Of a stretch of DNA of 64,000 bases, positions 1 to 13,741 are shown one piece after another. Where the stretch lies: contig JAQFVV010000002.1 in NCBI GenBank assembly GCA_028023455.1, forward strand, positions 12,276,001 through 12,340,000, read 5' to 3'. The translations under genes and the position numbers were made by a program. The stretch's first letter is position 1. Every line of letters starts with the position of its first letter. Source of the DNA: Epiperipatus broadwayi (taxonomy: Eukaryota; Animalia; Onychophora). The notes beneath the pieces were generated by a model, which worked only from the letters and a program-made list of their open reading frames with translations, did not search any database and had not been told where the DNA came from.

Positions 1-3000
1 AAACGTTTTAAATTTTAATTTAAGTTTCACACATGAAATAAAACTTGTTATCGGTACCAAAACGTAATGTTCTCCTGTGTCTGTCTACAAACATGGAAGA
101 AGAATATGGGTAGACAGTAGTCATGGAGCTTCTACATTATCAATTGGTGAGGATGTTATGGCTTTCCTTTATTACTTAACTTTCCAGCTCTGAAATAGTA
201 TTAATCAATATTGATATTTATTTGGCAGCAGACGAATATTGAAAGTTAGTGATTTTCCTCTGGGCTTGAACTTAAAGTCATGTGATTAGCAGCCAGTATA
301 TTTACTAACATATCATGAGATATTAATAAAGTTTTTTTTTAATTCATCTATATACATCTTTGTAGTTATACATAAAGTTATAAATATCTTGAATTAAACA
401 AGACAAAACTCTCTCTATACAGTAGTGACACCCTGTGCCAACCAGAGTAATCAATGGATGCCAGAAGGCTAAGAGAGGATGATCATGTGATGTTTAGTGG
501 TTTATCTTGAATTAATAAAAAAATCAACTAAGTTATTGCTGGAGAATTCATAAGAAGTTTTACTACTGGAAATGACATTGCTGGCCATGATTCATGGATT
601 GTGAATTCCACATTTTCCATTCCAGCTCTGCACCAAATCATGCTGGCAAAATCTTGCACTCATGAATACTGTAATGGTCAGGATGGGTTGATAACAGCAT
701 AAATCACCATCAGGGTGACTTAAACCACCACAACTCATTCCAACCTACATACTACTTCATTTCTTTTTAGATTCAGTGATCAGGGAGAGGTAGAGACTAT
801 TAAAACAGTTTATTGACTTCCCTGTGGCAAACACAATGCCCAATGCAATGTATATATAAAATACAAACACTTTACTAGCATTAAAATTACAAACAAATAA
901 ACACAAAAAATGACTACCACTTAATTAGATTGCTAGACTCATTAGATAGTGGAAATTACATTGATTGATCATTGGGTATATAAAAGTTTCAATATATGAC
1001 AGACAGATAGTAAAGGACTTCAGGTGATGTATCTATTTTGATCTCTGGGGCTATATCCCTCAAACAGGTACATAATAATAAATAAAGCAAGTTAAGTTTA
1101 ATTAACTTTAGAAAAATATAGTTAAATAAATAAATGCATAACTCTCATGATAATGACCAATAAAAGCTGAAATATCAAATATATACATGAAGCCCATATA
1201 TATATATGATGTACATATATGACTGCTTCAATACATAATACTTATTAAAAGATTATTAGGTCATTATGAATTCTTTTAAAATGTACTTTTTATTTGTAAA
1301 TAACAAGATCCATTTGCAAGATTATGCATTCTTATTATTTATAAATTATTTTTAATGACATAAGGACGGATATTTTCACAAATTATCAATTTTAGTTAAG
1401 AAAAATGTCTATGATAAACATATCCTCATAGATTCACAACTATATTCAGATTTGACACAATTGAAATATCATAATTAGGTACTTTTTTTTCATCTCTTAG
1501 TTATATTTTTTATGTTATATTGAAAGTTGTATTAAGTTTCATCTTTCCCTATGCTAACAGTCTGTAAAAAATATATGCATTATCTTCTTTCCTTATTTCA
1601 TAAAACTTTTTTTTTCTATTTTGTCATGCCTTCTTCTATTTGCTTTTTCTTCTTTTTTAATCTTATCAGTAGTATCTATGATAGATAAGAGTATAGAATG
1701 ATATTGTGATAACTAATTACAGTTGTGTGAACATTTCAAACTGCATGGCAAAAAGCAATCATAAACTACTTTCAGATACTATAGCAAAAAATTTATAAAT
1801 GGCAGAACTTAATGTCAGGCTTAATAATAATAAATAAAATATTTGATTTTCTTCATTCCCAGAATGAAATGTTTTCTTCTTTTTTTTTCTAAAGATAATA
1901 TTCCAAGTGAGAGAATTATATTAAAAAGAGAAACATTGTATTAAATAAGATTATTATCTATTTACAAGTCAGACATGTTCAAATTTTATATAATTATACT
2001 GCTTAAAATAGCAATTTCAAATTATTTTTCTGGCATCTCATCGCAAAATTTTGCTTTCTTTCTTTTCTGCTGAATGCAATCAGTAAAGAAGCTTACTCTC
2101 CTAGAAATTAAAAACACACAGCAAGAATTTTAACTAAATGACAGGAGAAAAGATAGAATGACATATCTCACTCAGTTCTGATAAAGAACAAAGAAAAATA
2201 AGAATAACAATGAAATAAGTTTATGAAGTTAAAAAGCAATTTTACATAGATTAAACTTTTAAATAATGATTATTATATCCAAGAAAATTTTTAAATGTAA
2301 ATGACAAAAAAATTACCCACTGTGCACTTCATTTTCTTCATAATTATATAGACAAATTATGATTGTGAGTATATAATATTTACTATTTGCTATCTTGATA
2401 TAAGCAAAATGAAAACATCTTATAACTAATTGCTTCTATTTTATATAACTTTTTTATTGAATATGTAAACATAATTTAATTTTTATAAGAAATTGGGCTT
2501 TATTAGTTGATATCATAATCAAATTAATCACAAAAATTTAAAACTTCTTTAAATCAGTGTAATTTAAGTTGATTTCTATCTCTACATATTAATCATATTA
2601 CTTTAATTTTTACACTATTTTAGAATCATTTTCTTTAAAATTTATTCTCACTTAATTGTTTATAATAGTGAGTAAAAAACTTTTAAGAAGCAAAAAAATC
2701 ATAATAGTTATTAAAAATATTTTGCATTCCTTGTGAAAATTTTTATTCTACAAGTAATAGTGTCTGTGCATGTATTAATAACTTTCAAGTTTCTGCAAAT
2801 TTTTATGTACACTTTTCCTCCAAGTTATTCTAAATATTAAATTTTAAGATATTAAATATCAACTTGGCAAAAATGTTGGTCCTATAATTTTATACAAAGA
2901 AGATTTAAACAAAATATTACTTTGTCGAATGAAAACATCATAGTTATGGTATACATTAATACTATGCTGCTTAAAAAAGTGTCCCATTTAAAAATAGTAT

Positions 3001-3141
3001 TATAATAACAATCATATATGAGCCATTACATATGATACACAAATCATCAAAGTGAATATTTACTCATATGTAATTAGTAATAGTTATAACAATAGACTTT
3101 TGAGTAAATTATCTACAGGAAATTCATGATTCATGAAGCAA

Positions 3142-3184
3142 ATCATCATCATCATCATCATCACCATCATCATTATCATCATCA
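3142..3184. repeat. (ATC)n microsatellite
   Basis: About 14 ATC units with two interruptions, read directly from the sequence. Confidence 0.95.
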
Positions 3185-3678
3185 CACACTGAATTATTGA
3201 AGGCATATAAAAGATATCATCATCAATCTTAGCAGCAACTGAATATGCTTTCAAAAAGCACAGGTTAATGAATTACTATCTGATTTATATCAAATCACAG
3301 TTCATGATCCTGATATTAGAGTTGTTGAATGTAGTGGCAGGGATTATGAAATGACCAGCCATCTCTGAAGAAGAACTATTTTATCAGGCTGACATCAGAA
3401 TGGACAAATCTGCTTAAATAATTTTAACTCCAAACAATAATGAAACTACAATCTAATAAAAAAACAATAGTTCATAAATAACTGTAAATTCCCATCATAA
3501 GCTGGGTGATTCACAATAAATCTGCTACTGATAGCCTTTATGGTAATTCCCATAAGATACAGTAGCAAAGATTTATAGCAATTGAAATGATCCATATTAT
3601 ATTCAGTAGCTTAGACAATGATATTTTGTACAGTCTATATTTGATGATATCTAAGAGTGACATTTTAATCCTCTAACT

Positions 3679-6600
3679 CAGGCATGTCAAACTCATTCAA
3701 ACAATGGGCCACTTTATGCTACTGGTAAGATTCTCGCGGGCCACATCACACAAATTTTCTTAAAATTGTATTTTGAAAGTGAAAATGCAGGAATATAGAT
3801 AGGGTAATTAAAGCATATTATGTAGTTTAGTGAATTCACTTCAATAATATACAATTGATATAGTATTGCTTTTATTTAAACATTTATTTTATCTGATTAC
3901 ATATTTATAAAACTACAATTTATTGTTTTTACTGGAAACTTGCCAGCGTTTTCCTCTTACTAGTTTTTCAATATCTGGATTCAAAGACTGAGAACAAGCA
4001 ATTTTCATTATGGCAGATAGATGTTTATCAGTTAATCTTGATCTGTAAGCTGTTTTATTTAATTTCATGCATGAAAATAATTTCTCACATAAGTATGTAC
4101 TTCCAAAAAAGCTTAAAATTTGTGCAGCAAATTTTTTAATTTCCGGATATCTTTCACCTAAATAGGAATAAATTTTCGGAGTTCCTACTTCTCGATATTT
4201 GGTTTTTAAAATCGAATCATTCTGGAAATCAATTAATTCCAGTTGTATCGAAGTCGGAGCTTTTTCGACTTCAAAGGCAAATGGTCCCGTGAAAAGAGAA
4301 AAAATTTCTTCGAACTCCTTGAAATCATCAAAACGTTTATCGAATTCGTCTTTTATTTTTTCAATTTTTGCAGAGTGATGTAAAACGAGCAACTTTGATT
4401 TTGTGCTTTTAACTGCTCACATGTAGGAAAATACGTCAAAACGTTCTTTTGCAAATGATTTTTAAACAAATTCAGTTTTTGTACAAAGCTTGCAACTGCA
4501 TCATACATATTCGTTATCAATTGATCTTTGCCTTGCAATGTAATATTAAGATTATTCAGATGGCCTGTAATATCTATTAAAAATGCTAGGTCTTGTACCC
4601 ACAATGGATCTTTTATAATTGATATATTTTCGTTGTTTTCATCTTTCATTTCAAAAAATAATATTATTTCCTCCAAAATCAGATAGAAGCTCTTTAAGAC
4701 ATTGTGGCAGGACAACCAACGAACTTCTGTGTAATAAGGAAGATCTTCGAATTCGGATTCTAAATCTTTAAGGAACGAAGTAAATTGGCGATGGTTAAGT
4801 GCTCTTGATCGAATAAAGTTGACTATCTTTGTAACTGTTTTAAATACTTGGTCCATTTTTAATAATTTTAAACAGAGAACTTGTTGGTGAATGAGGCAAT
4901 GAAAAGCTTTGATTTTCGGTTTATCTGGATATTCATCTTGTAATTTCCTTGCTAGTCATGACGCAAAACCTTTAGTTTCACCTGTCATCGATTTAGCACC
5001 ATCAGTTGTAACAGAAACAAGCTTGTCAACAGGCAAGTTAAGTTTTTCTAAAATGCTCCATACGGCATCAAAAATATCTTCACCAGTTGTTGTTCCGTGA
5101 AGAGGATGAATTCCAACAATTCTTCGGTGATCCTCATGTTATTATCGCAACCACGAAAAAAACAGCAACTTGTGCAACATCTCTTATATCCGTACTTTCA
5201 TCAATAGCAATTGAAAAGAACTGGATTTTGGTAGATATTTTCTGTAATTGCGAAGTGATGTCATCTGCCATTTCAGTAATTCTATCTGCCACCGTATTTC
5301 TTGATAATGAGATGTCTCGAAACGCTTGTACTTTTTCTGGACAGACAAATTCGGCAGCTTTTATTATACATTCCTTGATTAAAGAACCATCGGTGAATGC
5401 TTTTGAATGTTTTGCTAATAAATAGCTTATTTCATAACTAGCTCTTGTTACTGATTCATTACTTTTTATAAATTTTGTAAGCACTCCTTGCTGGCTACTT
5501 AATGAATTCTTCATTGTTTTTAATTTTTCTTCTCTTATTTTAGCTTCAAAACACGAAAATTGTTTTTCGTGATTAGTGCTATAATGTCGCTTAATATTGT
5601 ATTCTTTAGCAACACTAATAGTTTCTTTGCAAATTAAGCACGTAATCTTATTGTTCACTTCCACACAAAAATAATTCAGTTCCCACCTTTCTTGAAATTT
5701 TCTTCCCTCGTCATCAATCTTTCGTTTTTTATTTAGCGTTGGAAGTGGCATTTTCTGTAATAAAAATAGAGCTTTAGATTTAAATTTTTAAAATTTAAAA
5801 AATTGCAACTACGTTTATGCAAAATACGCTTCGTAAAAATTTAACGCTACTCTAGTATTTAAATGTAAAGAGAGCGCTGCTATCGATTCTCGCTCCTGGA
5901 ATTATGCTCGATAAATGGAGGTAGCTATAAAAGGTACGGATTACGTTTTTCTCTCTCTCTCAGTCCTGACTTCCCAGCACGGAGCAATTAAGATAGAGAT
6001 GTGACAAAGAAGAAAGCTGTGCATAAGGCCGTAGGTTAGAAATGGTCGAAGCCACTAAAGTTTCCCAAGGCCGAACATACACTGGTAAAATTGTAGAACT
6101 TTTAGTGTTTTCCAAACTGAAATGTAATCGTTACTAACTTATATGTAAAATATTATTGTTTCTCATGTTTGATTATAATTAAAATATTATATAACAAAAT
6201 GCATGCTCGTTATTTCTTATGCTGTCTGACTAGTTTCAGAAAGATATAAACTCTTGGATATAGCAGTTTACTTATATTTTTTGAATGAGTTATAAAAGGA
6301 AACAACCCGCAAATTTTTAACACACCAATCCGGATAAAGAAACTAGCGCAACTGCCTTTTGTTACAATTCAAAGAAAAAAACAATATCTGCAGATAGGAT
6401 TGCTACGTTGGTGGCGCGAATAGCTGACTAATGTATTTATGTTCTCGGAAGCACAGCAGCACATTATTAACGTTGCCAGCTTTGGTATTCACATATCTCA
6501 AATGCTTCATCATCATAAAGGCATAAGCTATGCGTGTAACCGAGAATTATAAATTAGCTATGTATGTAGACAACAATTACTGTATATATTTTAGTTCATG

Positions 6601-6754
6601 TAATTAAATATAAGAGCTTTTTAAAAAAAATTAATTTATTGTTTGCAACATATCGTTCTGTTTTCATTTTATTACATAGCATCTTAGACGAGGGCCATGA
6701 AAAATCCTTTCGAGGGCCGCATGCGGCCCTGGGGCCGCCAGTTTGACATGCCTG
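3679..6754 (-). mobile_element. Full-length hAT DNA transposon, Buster/SPIN (GTF2IRD2-like) group
   Basis: Perfect 15-bp TIRs CAGGCATGTCAAACT (3679-3693, 6740-6754). Identical 8-bp TSD CTCTAACT (3671-3678, 6755-6762) with central TA. Subterminal palindrome AGGGCCGCATGCGGCCCT near 6713-6730. Internal transposase on the minus strand. Confidence 0.97.
3913..5751 (-). pseudogene. hAT transposase (~613 aa when repaired), disrupted as assembled
   Basis: Joined frames give a BED-like finger (CLIC...KRHYSTNH), IAIDESTD, VTTDGA, HCLIHQQVLC, YTEVRWLS and FGSTYLCEKLFS (hATC domain). Three 1-bp deletions (~5158, ~5103, ~4385) and an in-frame TGA at 4956-4958. Confidence 0.93.
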
Positions 6755-7329
6755 CTCTAACTGATATTCTTTCTTAGAGTAGTGATAATTACAAAAAGTG
6801 AATTACTTCTGGTAAATACTATCTATATATTTGGGGTGCACATTGATTTTTTTTAAGGTGAACAATGGAGGAATACATGAGCACACCCATGACCATCTTT
6901 TTATCATATCAATAAAGGATTCAAATATTACTTCTTACTTATATATTATAACAATCCAAACGAAGTGGGAGATCGCATCGCACCGCACCGCACTACCAAG
7001 GGCGCCATTTAGGCATTTGAGCCTAGAAAAATTTATAGAGTAGGCAGATACGCACTGTTAAGATTCCACTTTATTTAAATATTCAGATCATTAGCCCAAG
7101 TCACTAGCTCAGTGGAGCAGCAGAGATAATAAAATATAAATTTTATATCTTAAATATAAAAGAATAAAAGCCACTGCCAGAAATTAACATATAAAAATAT
7201 TTATTTACGCACATATAAAATAATATTTAAATTTTGAGGAATAAATTTAATGTTTATATTTTTATATTGATCTTGTAAATTTATATTTAAATAGATTGCA
7301 AATAATGAGTTTACTATTTATTTAGAGGG

Positions 7330-8240
7330 TCGAGTATGAATGGACTACACAGGTCTGCATTTGAAAAGAAAATATTCTTCCCTGATTTAACCTTAGGCAA
7401 CAAATTTCGCAATCAACTGGCGCCAATCCATCTGATACATTCATGTATTCAATGTAGCATGATACGACAACACAAAATACTATATTGTCAGGAATGTACA
7501 TCTGAACAATAAGTAGAAATTGAGAAGACATTGACTCTCCACCAACAGGAATGTGACATCTGTGGGCAAGTAGATCAATAAACTAAAAACTCCATAGGAA
7601 TGGACTGCGGTCTTCTGCCGACTTACAAACCCATCCATAGGCAAACAGAGGGTGTGTGGCGTATATCTATAATCCTGCCCGTAGCGGATCTCATACTACA
7701 TCTACTAATTACACAAATATATCCAATCCATTGAACCAATTCAACTACGAAATGAATAACCTAAGATTACCCTCCCTTAATACAACTTTACAAAACTATA
7801 TAGCCATTCGCGCTCGACTTAATTTTAACATTTATATACGTTTGCACAGATTTATTTAAAAATGTTGGGTATAGATCGATTACACAGATTCCACGGTCAA
7901 AAACATTTCAAAATAAACATAAACGATCAAAATACAAAATTATTGATACCGACAATCGCAGAGGGAAACTTATAAGTAACCCAATAGTATTCACCATAAG
8001 ATACTTGCGTTGTCACCAATAACTTAAAAGACATCCGAATAAATACATTTTAGATACTCACCGTAAGGTATCATTATTTATCGAATGTCTATATATTTTG
8101 ATCAAATATGAAAACCAAAATCTAATTAACCGCAAACGAATCCATGCAAGCGTCTATAGACAACTTAAATGTAATGCATTTAATAATTTCTACAATAAAA
8201 TATTACTACACATAAAAATATTAAAAGGGAAATGATTCTT
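7330..8240 (+). other. CpG-containing coding-like relic, possibly the 3' end of a LINE; unassigned
   Basis: One broken frame contains CIQC-x10-CQEC...CDIC. Downstream frames loosely resemble an L1 ORF2 C-terminus. No diagnostic motif. Confidence 0.25.
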
Positions 8241-11200
8241 TTAACAATCGGGAAAGATATAAAATTAACCATTATTAATTTGATTTAAAACTTACAAAAG
8301 TCAGATAAGAGTCCATTTTAAATAAGTCGGCTTGTTTATTAATTTGTTCAACTTGACGAAAGTTCTTGATTGATTTTAAGAATTGTTCATTTCCTATAGC
8401 TTACGGTAGCAGAACTCCCAGTTCCTGGTGTCAATGTCCACGGAGTCTTTAATTGAAAGATCGATCTAATGTTCAGGAGGTGGCATTTGCTGGTTCATGG
8501 TATCAGTCATTCCATTTCAGAGATAAGTGAGAGAGAACGATAAAGCGCGTCTTTATCGCTCGTCTCACCCAACCAAGTTGAAAAAGCTTCTTGAACTCAA
8601 TATTTTTTTCTTTTTATATCATCCACAAGGATTCACTGAACAAAACGTCACTGCTCTGTTTTTTCGCCATGGTCCGAGCCAAGGCTTAGTGCTTCCATTG
8701 GTCAAGCTAAAATTTCTTTCTTCTCTTATCTAACTTTCCATCTGACTTTTTAATTAAACAGCTTTTAGATAATTAATAAACAACCATTTCCTTTTATAGA
8801 TTACAGGAATTAATTAATACCTGTTTTTATTTTAACTTACGTTATTTTTTTATTAAAATATTTTTATATTTCAATCTTGTATTTTTTTATTTAAAAAAAA
8901 TACATTCAAATACTTTTTTTTTTTTTGTTTATGAAAAAAAAATATTTTTAAAGTTTAACATCTGTGCGAATATATATATTTAACAATGTTTTAATTTTAG
9001 CGTTTAGTTTTTTACTTTTATTTGCGAACTTTTAAGTTTTTATTTTAAATTAATGTAACGACATATTTATATATCGTTACAATATGAAATCTTATTAAAT
9101 GATATCAATAAAATGTAAAGGTGCTAAAATATCAGAGAATTATTGTGCCTGATAAGCACTGAATGGCATATCATATCTAACTGCATTTTCAAAATGTAAA
9201 ATGTCAAAAGCTAAAACAGTAAACTAAATACACCAATTCACAATTAATTCAGTAGCTAAAATTAAATTATTTAAATTCCCTACCATTTTTTTCACTATCA
9301 AAAAAGACTTCTCAAGTGCAAAGTAATACAATACATATATGTATGTATGTGTGGAAAGGATTTGTTATACATTATATTTAATTAATATTAGGAATAGTGT
9401 TTGCTTTAATATATATTTAAAGAAAAAATTGAACTTTTGTATGAGTGTAATTATTTGGGTAAATTTTTTATTTATTTATTTTTGGGGGGTTATAAGGTTA
9501 GTGAGATTGAATTTTGAAAAAATGTTCTATATTTATTTAGTGTTATGTTAATTTGCATTTTAGAAGTCTACTTTAGCAGAAAAACCATCATTAGTGAATT
9601 TGTAATTTGATTTTGACTAATGATTTAATTGTAAATTAGTCTGCACCAGAGTAATAACTCATGTTAGATTGTTATATTTTCTTATCCAACTAAATGGTAT
9701 ACAACCTTGAAGGTTAGCAACATATTAGTTTGTGTGCCTAATGAGTTTTTGCTTTATCTTCAGTATCATTTTGGATATAAACAATGTATTTAAGATCACT
9801 GATTTTACTGGCATAGATTTTAATACAAATTTTTTCTCTCTTTAAGTTTTCTATTGCATTGTTTATAGCATTTCACTAACAGTTTTAAATCTAAATGAAT
9901 TTATTTAAATAAGAATTTGACTGAGAATCTAATTTAATATTTTGCTAAAAATTTATGGATGAAATTCAAAATATTTTAGAAATTTTTACATTTAAATATC
10001 ATTTTAAATGTGTACCTCCATAGTGTTTTGATTTCTTTAATTTTTTTTTCATCATTGCAAGTTTTAAAAAAAATTACAGATATATTTTTTTTCCCTTTGG
10101 AAAAAATTAAAAATATTACCTTATAAATAAAACATTTGAAATTTAAATATTCAAATGGATTGTCTGCACGCATGTATAGGTATATTGTAAATAAAATTTA
10201 TTTTGGAATTTTATGATTATTTCCCATTAACAATGCACTCTAGAAAATGAGTATATCAAATAATAGTGAACAATAAATATTAAAACTATGCTAATTAGCA
10301 TATATATATAATGGACATTACCAGAAAAAAGAGTGATGAATTGAGTAATAATGAAGTTTCATGCAGGGAGAAAAATTAAAAGGGCTATATCAGAGCCATG
10401 GGCTATGTCAGAGCCATATATGTGACTCTAAATGCATAGCTCTCAGTTTAATTAAAAGATGGATTTAAAGGGACGTTAGACATCATCAGATAGTTATTTT
10501 TATGTATATAAATATGAGTTAATGGAAACTCAAGTTGAATAGACTATGAATCAATAGACATCAAGAAATGGAATTCCCACACACAAAATTATTACACCCT
10601 TTATCAAAATAAAGGAATGCTTATTATTTTTTCAATATTATTATTTTCATTATTATTTATTATTTTCATTTGTCAGCATAAATAAATAAACTTGCTGAAA
10701 TTTAAAGTTTGTCTAATGTTATTATTTCAATGTGATGCTCGGTTGGTATTATTAAGAATATCTTCGAATGTACAGCACCAAGATTTTAATACTTTACATA
10801 TTATGAAAGATTTTTTTATAAAATCATTCCATTAATAGTGCATAAATATTTTACTCATGTTCCATTTTAAATATTCAAAAATAAAATATAACTGCTTTGC
10901 ATTCTTTATATTTAATTGGTTCTAGAACAATAGCATTAAGGGTGACAGAAAACAAATTGTCATAAAAATAATTTCAGCAGTCATTAAATAATATTATAGT
11001 TTTATAAAATTATGGTATTTACTCTTAAATCTTGGTAATAACATATGTATGCACTAAAGAATATAAAAAAAAAACAAAAATAAATTATAAATACAAAATT
11101 AATATTGATTTTGTCCCTTCATATTAATTTTAAAAAGAAAAAGACAATTAAATGCCATTGTGTTCTCCCTTCCCCATTTGTTATTTCTTTATTTAAAAAT

Positions 11201-12828
11201 TATTTTTGAAATTTTTAGCAAAATGAGAAATGTCTTTTATGAATTTTTAGATAACTGGTAATAAATATTTGGTAATATTTTTCAGAATTTTCACATTTAT
11301 AAATTAAAAATGGCTTTTACTTTTTTTCATTATGTGTGTATTATATCTTTCTAATACTAGAAATAGAAAAAAAAATTATATTTACTGAAATGCTATATTT
11401 CTATCTTCATATATGTTTCACCTATTTTTCCCCATAGCTCTATCTGTGCAAGATTTAAGCTACTTATTTAAGCATGCTAACACAATCAAACATGTACCAC
11501 CACATATATATGTGAACAAACACTGTAATATCATAGATATAGATATATTGCAGGGAGTAGTTTAATTTAAATTTGTTGAATTATAAACTTGTTCTTTAAA
11601 AAGTCAAATGCTTATTTTAAATATTAAAATCGCATGTATATACATGTAGTCCACATACTACTGTGATACATATATAGTACAATGTTATTTAAACATTTCT
11701 TATAATCTTTAAATTTAACTTGAAATTATGGTAAACAAGAATCACACCATGCACACCTGTGTTGGCATAGGATGAGATAAAAATCTAAAATTGCAAATTT
11801 AACACTTCCGGTTCTTAAACAGCAAACAACATGAATGATAGCTCTCCTCAAAAATTGAAATCTGCAGGAAAGGGGGTATCAAACCCCATTCCAAACCCCT
11901 AAATACAAGGTAAGAGAAGTTTTATATATTTAAAAATGGAATGTGATAATGATATAGATAATGTACATAGCAATTCAAGCTTAAAATGTCACACTCAGTC
12001 GTTCAACAGAAACGATGGCCGAAATGTTCATAGCTATAATAACAAATCTCAGGCTCCATCTGAGATCAAAAACCTTCCCATTAGCAATACTAAGCACCAA
12101 ATAATTACTGACAACATTAAAATGCAAGAAATTATACAAACTTCATCAGTTATATGCAATAGCGTTGGTTTCCCATTGGGCAAAATAACAGCCAATATTA
12201 ATAATACATACGAAAACAGTAATAACACTCACCGTATTTCCCAAACTCCTTTAGGAGAAGTAAATAAACACAATTCATCCACAACCGCGAAACACTCTCA
12301 GAATAATTTGGAACAAAAAATAAAATATCAGCAAAATCTATCTGAAGAAAGGAAAAAAAATTTGTTTAAATCACCAGAGGTCACCAAATTCGCTGCTGTA
12401 ACACCAGAGACTGTCAACAGTATTTTGGGAGAAAAAAACGAAATAACAGATTAAAAAAAAATCAACAAAACCCATTCACAAACAAACGAAAATTTCAAAC
12501 TAGATGAACCTTTAATATCTACATCGTTCAAACATTTCAAAACAGACTCACAAATACAAACCCTTCCAAAAAAATCTATATCCTATGCTAATGCTTTAAG
12601 TATCAACAAAGACATTAAAACCATGGAGACTAACTTGGTCAGCAATATTAATGAAATGCTTATAAGCATATTAAAATATGAAAAAGAAATTACAACAGAA
12701 GACAATCAACACCCCCAATCAATTAAGATATTAAATTATAATAATATTACTGACGAAATGCATCAAAACATAAACTATAATTTCAACAAAACTATTCCAA
12801 ACATGCTCTATAAATCTTTCCAAAATTG

Positions 12829-12948
12829 TTACAATGACAAAACTCTAATCCTAGCAGTAACGAATGAAAACTTATCATTATACAAAATTATTACAATGAC
12901 AAAACTCTAATCCTAGCAGTAACGAATGAAAACTTATCATTATACAAA
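12829..12948 (+). repeat. 62-bp tandem duplication inside ORF1
   Basis: TTACAATGACAAAACTCTAATCC...TATACAAA starts at 12829 and again at 12891. Confidence 0.95.
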
Positions 12949-13689
12949 TTCCCCATGAAGCATTTATATTCCGTAATTAAACAACATGATTCAGAGTTGG
13001 GAATTTATCAAATACTAACACATCCTAATGACAAATATGATTAAATTAAAGGAAGGGCAGGCGGACTATATTTATATAAAATTAATATAAAATAAAAAAA
13101 AAATATTTTTTATTTTAAAAAAAAAAACAAACAAAAAAAAAAAAAAGGAAAATCAACAACCCCCCAACAAGATTCACTGAACAAGAGCCCCAAATACTCC
13201 CACCCCCCCCCAGACTGTAAAAAAATTTAAAATTCTTTCAAGACCCCATCTTGAATGGAAACATAATATCAAATGCAGCAATCTTCTCACTAGCCATGAA
13301 AAAAAATGTTTCTCCCACTGACATCCCTACTGTAGTTAATGCAAGAGGTTCACCAATGGTCTTAACATTCAGGGGGGTGCGGCCTCAATGCTTTCACTGT
13401 TTACAAAGGACACACTTTATAAAAGACTGTTTGGCATGTATCTGCACTACCTGCAATCAAAAGAAAGGCAAGTTCCACCACTGCAATGGAAAGAATATAG
13501 AAACAACAACAACTACAGACACCAAACAGTCACCTAAAACAGACAATAATATTGAAAACCACACTGATAAACACAGGGCTTCAACATCAAACTATACCGA
13601 ATCTATAGACATAACTCCCACAGATGTAACACCAGACCACATAATATCTAGAGATGAAGATCAAGATGATAATCTTTCCCAACAAACTG

Positions 13690-13741
13690 AAATGGAATTC
13701 CACAACAATACAACCAAATGGAATTCCACAACAATACAACC
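13690..13741 (+). repeat. 26-bp tandem duplication inside ORF1
   Basis: AAATGGAATTCCACAACAATACAACC x2. Removing one copy fuses ORFs 13251 and 13718 in frame. Confidence 0.95.

Noticed and set aside
5087-5425. Plus-strand ORFs at 4909-5425 and minus ORF 15516-15851
   Set aside because: Antisense shadows of transposase and ORF2 coding sequence.
11903-11916. Strong splice donor AAG|GTAAGA and apparent uORF in the LINE 5' region
   Set aside because: The apparent uORF is in frame with ORF1, so it is better explained as ORF1 with a nonsense change.
13080-13250. A/C homopolymer-rich block inside ORF1 resembling an inserted poly(A) tail
   Set aside because: No TSD; looks like low-quality consensus or slippage.
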